A DNA stretch of 32,404 nucleotides from Deltaproteobacteria bacterium (GTDB lineage: Bacteria > Desulfobacterota > DSM-4660 > Desulfatiglandales > HGW-15), in assembly GCA_016929815.1 (NCBI GenBank), contig JAFGIC010000061.1:1-32404 (forward strand), in the 5' to 3' direction. How positions within the stretch are numbered: the stretch's first letter is position 1; each line of letters starts with the position of its first letter. Made by a program: the position numbers and the translations under genes. This document shows positions 18,511-24,518 of the stretch, piece after piece. Under the pieces are notes generated by a model. It made no database searches, was not told the DNA's origin, and saw nothing but the letters and a program-made list of their open reading frames with translations.

Positions 18511-19800
18511 CTAATTCCCATTTTCCGTTTTTTGTGTTATCCCCATATCCAGCATCGCCAGCCTCAACTCATCCCTCATGTCATAGGCATACTTGAAGCC
18601 GGAGATCTTTTTCACGACCCTTCCGTCAGCATCCATGATGACAATAAACGGAAAACCGTCCTGTCCGTAAAGTTCCTTGAGGCTCTGATCCTTGTCCGAA
18701 TTCCCCTTTATCCAAATAAATTCATCCCTTAACATGGTTACCCTTGTGTCTTTAAGTGTCTCATCGAATAATTTCCCACTCCATGGGCACCAGGACGCGT
18801 AAAGGACAAGCACAACAGGTTTTCCTGTCTTATCTGCTACCGCCAATCCCTCATCATGATCCTCATGCCATGAGATTTCCCAATCCGTAAGACTTGAGGC
18901 CTTTGAGACGGAGATGACATCTATATCCAGAACCAGGTTCTTTCCTGCCAGGGGGTGATTACAATCCACAGTGAAGGTCTTTTCGTCTATCGAGACGATT
19001 TTTCCTGTTTCAGTGTCCACATTAAAGTCTGCGCCCAGCTTAGGCTCAAGTGTTATTATTACACTGTCGTCCTTCAGGACAATGCTCGTATCTCCAAATT
19101 CATCCTTTGATATAAATCTCCCTTTTACATCGGCCTCAAGTATTACCTGCCCCCCGGTTATATCAACGATCTTATGATCAAAGTATGGTATGATTCTTAC
19201 TGTGCCTCCCTTCTCCGGCGTTGATCTAAATTGCTCAATGAACTCTTCCTGAGTCAGTCTTGTCATCCTGGGTACTTTTCTTGTTGAGGAAAATATCTTA
19301 ACCTTGTCATCTGTTCTGGGGCCATAGGCATCCTCCGGCAGGACAACTGCCTGCCTGGTCTCACCCGTCTTCATGCCCAGCACGGTATCATGAATACCTG
19401 GAAACTGTTCCCTCTTCCCGGCCAGGACCGTCAAAGGCGTTTTTAGCGGAGATTCCTGATATTCGGCTGCCTTTGTCTTTGCGGTATCTTCGCTGAACCC
19501 CGGGATATTTGTCCTCAACAGTTCGCCTGTCTCCAGGCTCAACGAATAGTTGACGGCTAAAAGGTCTCCTTCCTGAACAATCCCTGAAATCTCCGCGAGA
19601 TCGATATCTACGGTGCCGTCGACCTTTTCTTTTGCCTCAGTATAAGCCGATTCAAGGGCATTGATTAAATCGTCTTGTTTTGGATGTTTATCCCCTGCCG
19701 ACACTTCATGAGGCATGCCCAAAAATAAAAAGACCCCCAGAAAACACAAGGCAATATTAAAGGGAATGATCTTCCTGTTATTGTTTGTCTTCCTTTTCAT
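18511..19800 (-). CDS. Periplasmic SlyD-like FKBP peptidyl-prolyl isomerase fused to a thioredoxin-fold domain with a CxxS motif
   Basis: I prefer the internal ATG at 19800 (AGGA 6 nt upstream), which gives signal peptide MKRKTNNNRKIIPFNIALCFLGVFLFLGMPHEVSA. FKBP motifs VQEGDLLAVNYSLSLETGELL, FPGIHDTVLGMKTGE and DCNHPLAGKNLVLDIDVISV. C-terminal Trx-like KPVVLVLYASWCPWSGKLFDE...GFPFIVIMDADGRVV. Confidence 0.8.
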   Translation of the reverse strand: MKRKTNNNRKIIPFNIALCFLGVFLFLGMPHEVSAGDKHPKQDDLINALESAYTEAKEKVDGTVDIDLAEISGIVQEGDLLAVNYSLSLETGELLRTNIPGFSEDTAKTKAAEYQESPLKTPLTVLAGKREQFPGIHDTVLGMKTGETRQAVVLPEDAYGPRTDDKVKIFSSTRKVPRMTRLTQEEFIEQFRSTPEKGGTVRIIPYFDHKIVDITGGQVILEADVKGRFISKDEFGDTSIVLKDDSVIITLEPKLGADFNVDTETGKIVSIDEKTFTVDCNHPLAGKNLVLDIDVISVSKASSLTDWEISWHEDHDEGLAVADKTGKPVVLVLYASWCPWSGKLFDETLKDTRVTMLRDEFIWIKGNSDKDQSLKELYGQDGFPFIVIMDADGRVVKKISGFKYAYDMRDELRLAMLDMGITQKTENGN

Positions 19801-20647
19801 TGGCCGTCCTATCTTTCTTTGCCATGACATCACAGACAAGAGTTTCGTAGCCGAAGGGGTGTCCATAATCTATTGTGAACCTATCCTCTTCAACAACCGT
19901 GACCCTTCCAACTATAACTCCTGATCTGATGAGCTGTCCCTCATGGATATCGATAATTATTTTATAATAATCTCCCGCGTCATAAATGGTTCCTTTGCCA
20001 AGCGGAGTATAAACCATGGTTCCTTCCTTTGCTTCAAGGCGCACCTCCATCTCCTTTTCGGTGACCGAAACTACCGTAATTGATACCCCTTCAATTTCTT
20101 CAGATAAAACAATATCGCCGGGCACAGGTGCCCTGCCCTGTGATTTTTCAAAGGCAACAGGATTAACCTTCTGTTTCTTAGGCTGTCTTCTGACCCGCGA
20201 AAGGCTCAGGTATCTCTCATCTTCATTCAGCCCAAGGGTGCTTTCTGATGTTATTTCAAAGGATGCGCTGGATCCTTCTTCCATGCCTGCAACAACCAGG
20301 CTCAGTTCCTCCAGAATTTCATTCTCCAGGGATTTTAATTTTCCATAATCAGGGCCTCCTTTTCCGCTGCCTGCAACTATAGGTATGGGCTCATATTCCT
20401 TTAAGGGAAGGAATATGCCGGCCTTTGCCTTATTTTCATCCTTTAGGACATCTGCATCAGTGGTCATCACAATGCCTCCGTCCTTAAGGCGGCATGTGAA
20501 GTCCACCGTTACCTTATCGCCCGCCTTGATAACTCGATGTTCAGTTACTATATTTTTATTGGCTGTCTGACATCCTGTTATTGAAATAATGACACCTAAA
20601 GAAATGAGAAGAGATAAAACAGTGCCTTTAAACATATTGATATTCAT
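19778..20647 (-). CDS. Lipoprotein SlyD-like FKBP peptidyl-prolyl isomerase
   Basis: Lipobox ISITGC after a hydrophobic signal peptide. FKBP motifs IKAGDKVTVDFTCRLKDGGIV, LSLVVAGMEEGSSASFEI and IDYGHPFGYETLVCDVMA. The start could be ATG 20647 or 20635. Confidence 0.75.
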   Translation of the reverse strand: MNINMFKGTVLSLLISLGVIISITGCQTANKNIVTEHRVIKAGDKVTVDFTCRLKDGGIVMTTDADVLKDENKAKAGIFLPLKEYEPIPIVAGSGKGGPDYGKLKSLENEILEELSLVVAGMEEGSSASFEITSESTLGLNEDERYLSLSRVRRQPKKQKVNPVAFEKSQGRAPVPGDIVLSEEIEGVSITVVSVTEKEMEVRLEAKEGTMVYTPLGKGTIYDAGDYYKIIIDIHEGQLIRSGVIVGRVTVVEEDRFTIDYGHPFGYETLVCDVMAKKDRTANEKEDKQ

Positions 20648-20814
20648 TTTTCTATATTTGACCTCACCTGTTCAACCGGCTTGCCGGCTTTATTATTCTC
20701 TGTGTCTTTACCTTGCACATCGAGCCTTTCGCCTTGAACCTTTTTTAAATATGCCCCTGTATTATTAAGAGACTCTTAGCTTAAAGTTAGACTTTTATTA
20801 ATTTTCAATCTTAT

Positions 20815-20843
20815 AAAAAAAGGGCCTCTGGAGAGGCCCTTTT
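20815..20843 (-). terminator. Rho-independent terminator downstream of the PstS-like gene (palindromic, could act bidirectionally)
   Basis: The GGGCCTC (20822-20828) / GAGGCCC (20833-20839) stem has a 4-nt loop. It is flanked by A7 (20815-20821, i.e. T7 on the minus strand) and TTTT (20840-20843). Confidence 0.85.
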
Positions 20844-20887
20844 AAAAATATTGATCTTAAACAGACTTCATGAAACGGTTAAATCTC

Positions 20888-22183
20888 TTATTTGAATTTC
20901 GGATAGGTAAAGTCTGTTGCCTTCTCTACCTTCATCTCATTCTGTGTAGCCCAATAAGCAGCCTTGCTTGGGGGAAGATTTGCGGGAACCGAAGCATAAG
21001 CAACAAGAGCGTCCACAAGATCGTTGACTGCATCAGGCTCGCTCGGGGAGGTATAAAGCCACTGAGCAGACCAGAAATCATACTTGCCGTTCACGATATT
21101 GATCTTGACGGCTGATTCACCCTGCCATGTCATAAGTTTCAGGTCTCCGTAACCGGCTAAATCATGGTACTCCCCGGCAATATTGTTCGGAGCAGGCAGA
21201 GTCCCGTCAGACATCTTAACCTTATCGGAATCGGCATAGCCTACAGCGCCTACACCAGTATAAGTTTCATAACCTGATCTGGTTCCAGCGCCTCCTATAC
21301 ATCTCGCCATGTCGGAAGACCCGTCATTAAAATATGTAACGGGCTGCAATCCCATCGTTACGGGGAACGAGCCGGGGAGCGCCTCAGTATTCATTAATGT
21401 GTAGTCTCCTCTCATTACTGCCGCGTCAAGTGTGGCATGGGTGCCTGAGCCGGCGTGGCGCATGCATATGACTACGGGAAGGCTGCTTTTGGAAGGATCA
21501 AACTCGTTCCAGTCGGTTACCTGACCGCTGAATAGGGCCGTCGCCATCAGCCTTGACATATTGTCATAGGGAACAGGAGTTGAGGAATTCGCGTTCCTGA
21601 AAAAGGCAAAGGGCACTACAATCGGCCTGAATACATTATAGTTGGAATCCATCGTAATGTTATAGATCGACCTGTCTTCCCATAGATTTTCATCATCTAC
21701 CTTGGGTCCGAGTTCAAGTCCGTGACTTTCCTGCTGAAAAGTTGCCGCCGCCACGTCGGAGGCGCCTATCGTAACGTCCTCACATGAAAGTGAGTTTACT
21801 TCGCCTGTGGTCCAGTTCGTGTCCGCTTCATTTGCCATCTCACGCTCGTTATCAGCGCATGAGCCGGAATCACCATCAGGGTCCAGCCCCTGCACGGACC
21901 TGATCCCGTCAAATGAAGCCTTTGAGCTGTAACGGATGTAAACAGTGTCGCCGTTCAGATCATCGCACTTTGCGATACCGTGTTTATCGTCCGCATCCAC
22001 TGCAGTATAGACAGTGCCTGAGCAGCCTTGATCCGTAAGAAAATCACCGGCAGCATTAGTCCAGAAATCATATTGTGCCGATGCACCATAGATATTGATG
22101 TTTATGGTATCTGCACTGGCGCCTGCGGTCATACCAAGCAGTGCGCCCCCGATAATTGCCGTTTGAACCAGTTTTTTAATCAT
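20888..22183 (-). CDS. Secreted PstS-fold (PBP type-2) substrate-binding protein, orphan (no pstCAB nearby)
   Basis: AGGAGAA lies 6 nt before the ATG. Signal peptide ...LLGMTAGASA. Collinear with E. coli PstS landmarks: YGASAQYDFW (GAGATFPAPVYAKW), IGASD (FGASD), LFSGQVTDWNEF (IYLGKIKKWDD), MRHAGSGTHA (VRRADGSGTS), GAVGYAD (GAIGYVEY). Six Cys residues. Confidence 0.6.
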   Translation of the reverse strand: MIKKLVQTAIIGGALLGMTAGASADTININIYGASAQYDFWTNAAGDFLTDQGCSGTVYTAVDADDKHGIAKCDDLNGDTVYIRYSSKASFDGIRSVQGLDPDGDSGSCADNEREMANEADTNWTTGEVNSLSCEDVTIGASDVAAATFQQESHGLELGPKVDDENLWEDRSIYNITMDSNYNVFRPIVVPFAFFRNANSSTPVPYDNMSRLMATALFSGQVTDWNEFDPSKSSLPVVICMRHAGSGTHATLDAAVMRGDYTLMNTEALPGSFPVTMGLQPVTYFNDGSSDMARCIGGAGTRSGYETYTGVGAVGYADSDKVKMSDGTLPAPNNIAGEYHDLAGYGDLKLMTWQGESAVKINIVNGKYDFWSAQWLYTSPSEPDAVNDLVDALVAYASVPANLPPSKAAYWATQNEMKVEKATDFTYPKFK

Positions 22184-22229
22184 TTTTATTCTCCTTTTTT
22201 AAAAGTATGTTTGTATTTGTCATTTTTTA

Positions 22230-22988
22230 TTAAGCTCTTTTTCTTCTGATTCCGAAAAGCCCTAAAAGCCCTGAACCGAAAAGAAGAACGCTTGCAGGAA
22301 CAGGAACAGGGGAGGTTATCGGATTCAAAACTGTGCTTCCGTCTGCAAAATACCTTAAGACGGCGGTGTACTGAGACCCATTCGCGCCATTAACCAATGT
22401 AATACCGTTATAATGGTAGAGATACATGTCCACAAATCCATCGGTGACAAGGGCAGCAAGATCAGCCTCACCGAAACTGGTATCCGTGTTGTTAAAACCG
22501 GAATAATAGCCCGGAGCGGTTGAATTTGAATTCATTCTCTCATCGTAGGAGTTTGTGCCCGCTGTTGCTGATGCGCCGATAAACAGTCCATCGTCAATTC
22601 CGTCTGTGTTGAAGTAGCTGTAAAGGCTTGTTGCCGCGCTCTGGAAAGGTGTGTAACCTGCAGAGCTTATACCTGAAATGGTATCTTTAGTTGTCGCGAA
22701 CCATATTTGATATGTGCTGTTGTCGCCCGCAAAAAAGGCCAGGCTCAGATCTTCCCAGGTGTCTATTGTATCAAACTGAGTTAAACTGACTGACCCGGGA
22801 TCTGAAATAATCTGATTCGAAGCATTAAAATCGATTTCAGAGATATCGCCCAGATTGATGGCAACCTCATTGTCATTCTCGTTATAAACGACCTGCACAA
22901 GGTCATTTCTGTCGAATGCCGCCAAGGCATTCCCGGCAACGCCGAACATCAAACCAACCGCAATAATCAAACTTAATAATCTTTTCAT
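22230..22988 (-). CDS. Small secreted protein with PEP-CTERM-type sorting tail (VPVPAS variant); head domain paralogous to the 1449-aa adhesin
   Basis: The track ORF starts at TTG 23036. The ATG at 22988 (MKRLLSLIIAVGLMFGVAGNALA) has GGAGGA upstream. The C-terminus PVPVPASVLLFGSGLLGLFGIRRKRA is motif + TM helix + basic cluster. Confidence 0.85.
   Translation of the reverse strand: MKRLLSLIIAVGLMFGVAGNALAAFDRNDLVQVVYNENDNEVAINLGDISEIDFNASNQIISDPGSVSLTQFDTIDTWEDLSLAFFAGDNSTYQIWFATTKDTISGISSAGYTPFQSAATSLYSYFNTDGIDDGLFIGASATAGTNSYDERMNSNSTAPGYYSGFNNTDTSFGEADLAALVTDGFVDMYLYHYNGITLVNGANGSQYTAVLRYFADGSTVLNPITSPVPVPASVLLFGSGLLGLFGIRRKRA
22320..22916 (-). repeat. Dispersed direct duplicate (copy 1) of the ~600-bp head-domain module
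   Basis: FDRNDLVQVVYNENDNEVAINLGDIS...DGSTVLNP is shared with 28200..28799. DNA stretches such as cattgtcattctcgttataaacgacctgcacaaggtcatt are identical in both copies. Confidence 0.9.
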
Positions 22989-23317
22989 GTTAATTATCCT
23001 CCAAAAAATATGTTTAATCTCGCTTTCCTCAGGCAACCCTGCTGTCTGCTTTGGTCAAATGGTTAATTTGTTGAATTGTGAAATTGATTATTAGGTTACT
23101 CATTTTAATGGTGAAACTATATTTCCCATTCTCTATTTTCCCTATTTAACTGTTTTTCCAATTCACTATTTGATCATTTCCCCCTGATACAGACCTTGGG
23201 CTTTCCGTCACCCGGTCGCCCGGGCTTTGGCTTTTTCTGGAGGGTCTCCTCTTTTTATGCACCCTTTTTCCCTAATCTCTATCCTATAAAACCTCCTTTC
23301 TTGTCCGTTTATTTTAT

Positions 23318-23392
23318 AAAAAAAGCCCGGACCAATCCCTTAAGTTGTTATTGATCCGGGCTTCCTGTTTCCAATCGTCAGCGAAGTACCCT
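23318..23392 (-). promoter_or_regulatory. Leader element copy A: GGTACTTCGCTG box + GAAGCC hairpin + T7 (terminator-like)
   Basis: Minus strand: GGGTACTTCGCTGACGATTGGAAACAGGAAGCCCGGATCAAT...ATTGGTCCGGGCTTTTTTT. ~14-bp stem. Lies ~100 nt after the stop of the 192-aa gene and ~330 nt before the start of the 268-aa gene. Confidence 0.6.
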
Positions 23393-23493
23393 ACAAACCC
23401 ATAATATTTTTTTCAGTGTATCAAGCCTTCTTATAATGATTACAATGTATCTTCCTTATATTAGGTTTTTATTGTCTGCGAATTATATTTTGA

Positions 23494-24066
23494 TTATCTC
23501 TTGCCGGACTTCCGCCTAACGCCTGCAAGGCCTATCAACCCTGACCCAAGGAACCATACTGCAGCGGGTAGTGGAACGGGAGTTACATCAAGGTTGTCGA
23601 TTCCTACTTCACCAAGAAAGCTGTCATGGAACATAAGGGTTGTTACAGGATTTTCAAAGACAGTTGAAAATATCCCATAATCATAGCCGACAATTCCTGT
23701 ATCAAGAATGACAACGCCATCGGCTTCGGCAATAAATCTATTTAATGTTGAACCCCATTCAAAAGATACCTCATTAATAGGAACCTCATTAAATGAGATC
23801 TCAAACCAGTCATATCCCAATGAAAGAGAACTCTGGATATAGTGGTCAGGTCCGAGAGGCCCCTCCCCTATCCCATCACCCACGACAGCATTCGCAACGG
23901 TTATATCCGAGCCGTAAATGTCCTCCATATAGCTCTCGATATCGGACGAGTCCCCGGGATATGGCAGATTATCAAAATCAAAAAAAGCGGCTTCAGAGAC
24001 TTGCACACCTATTCCGATTAAACACAAGATGCATAAAACGGTTGTACTTATGAGCTTTTTTTTCAT
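23494..24066 (-). CDS. Small secreted protein with PEP-CTERM-type sorting tail (VPLPAA variant)
   Basis: Signal peptide KKKLISTTVLCILCLIGIGVQVSEA. C-terminus IDNLDVTPVPLPAAVWFLGSGLIGLAGVRRKSGKR. There are two in-frame ATGs (24072, 24066). AAGGAA spacing favours 24066. Confidence 0.8.
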   Translation of the reverse strand: MKKKLISTTVLCILCLIGIGVQVSEAAFFDFDNLPYPGDSSDIESYMEDIYGSDITVANAVVGDGIGEGPLGPDHYIQSSLSLGYDWFEISFNEVPINEVSFEWGSTLNRFIAEADGVVILDTGIVGYDYGIFSTVFENPVTTLMFHDSFLGEVGIDNLDVTPVPLPAAVWFLGSGLIGLAGVRRKSGKR

Positions 24067-24092
24067 TTTCATCAGTTCCTTTCCGATTAGAT

Positions 24093-24164
24093 TAATAAAA
24101 CCCAGACCATTATATAACTATTATTCATCCTGGCTTCCTGTTTCTAATCGGCAGCGAAGTACCA
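24093..24164 (-). promoter_or_regulatory. Leader element copy B: same box + weaker hairpin + U-rich tail, immediately upstream of RBS/ATG of the 192-aa gene
   Basis: Minus strand: TGGTACTTCGCTGCCGATTAGAAACAGGAAGCCAGGATGAAT...GGTCTGGGTTTTATTAATCTAATCGGAAAGGAACTGATGAAAATG. The first 37 nt match copy A at 34/37. Confidence 0.6.
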
Positions 24165-24290
24165 AAAATTATCCGCTCTTTTGTAAACGCCTTTACATTA
24201 TCAATCCTTTAAATCTTGATCCTAGTATACTGCCCCTTTGTTAGATTTTTATTACAGGTCAATTAAATGTTTCTTAAAAAGAGTTTTTTT

Positions 24291-24374
24291 GTTCACGGTT
24301 CAGGGTTCACGATTCAGGGTTCACGATTCAGGGTTCACGGTTCAGGGTTCACGGTTCATAGTTCAAGGTTCACA
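24291..24374. repeat. Tandem heptamer array, 12 units of GTTCASG-type (GTTCACG/GTTCAGG/ATTCAGG...)
   Basis: Read directly: gttcacg gttcagg gttcacg attcagg gttcacg attcagg gttcacg gttcagg gttcacg gttcata gttcaag gttcaca. Intergenic. Confidence 0.95.
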
Positions 24375-24405
24375 GTTTAAATCTCAAAAGTTCATACCTA
24401 CCCGG

Positions 24406-24437
24406 CCGGGAGGCTGGGACGCTTGGAAGCCGGGAGG
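24406..24437. repeat. Tandem octamer array, 4 units (CCGGGAGG CTGGGACG CTTGGAAG CCGGGAGG)
   Basis: Read directly. Lies 32 nt from the heptamer array. Confidence 0.85.
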
Positions 24438-24464
24438 AATAAAATCCATAGAAAACGCCTTAAT

Positions 24465-24503
24465 TATTTGACAGGATCAACATGATTTAAGGGCAGACCT
24501 GTC
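24465..24503. repeat. Second copy of the 25-nt TATTTGACAGGATYAACAWGATTTA motif, forming a GACAGG/CCTGTC hairpin just after the adhesin stop
   Basis: tatttgacaggatcaacatgattta, then ...acctgtc (24497-24503). Lies 16 nt from the stop codon at 24519-24521. Confidence 0.75.
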
Positions 24504-24518
24504 GAACTTCGTGTAACA

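Noticed and set aside
733-21115. Numerous 60-250-aa plus-strand ORFs in the track (e.g. 733..1089, 1281..1580, 1719..2219, 2956..3582, 3599..4339, 4236..4697, 5547..6026, 11134..11736, 12757..13137, 17811..18220, 20016..20348, 20870..21115).
   Set aside because: All are nested antisense to long minus-strand ORFs with clear family signatures. Their translations are S/L/P-rich low-complexity shadows with no RBS or recognisable motifs.
22989-23317. Small leader peptides in the long 5' region of the 268-aa gene (e.g. MGNIVSPLK, MSNLIINFTIQQINHLTKADSRVA on the minus strand).
   Set aside because: No convincing RBS, no conserved features, and an arbitrary choice among several tiny ORFs.
24150-24165. 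Sigma-54 promoter reading of TGGTACTTCGCTGC (and the equivalents in copies A, C, D). This was attractive because PEP-CTERM genes are often under sigma-54/enhancer-binding-protein control.
   Set aside because: The GG-to-GC spacing is 9 nt instead of the strict 10. Copy A has GA and copies C/D have different spacing, so it does not fit TGGCAC-N5-TTGC.
24291-24437. Possible CRISPR array.
   Set aside because: Units are 7-8 nt with no spacers. No cas genes are in the window.
24238-24471. 77-aa plus-strand ORF (…FTVQGSRFRVHDSGFTVQGSRFIVQGSQF…).
   Set aside because: It is simply the translation of the heptamer and octamer tandem arrays. The periodic peptide is an artefact.
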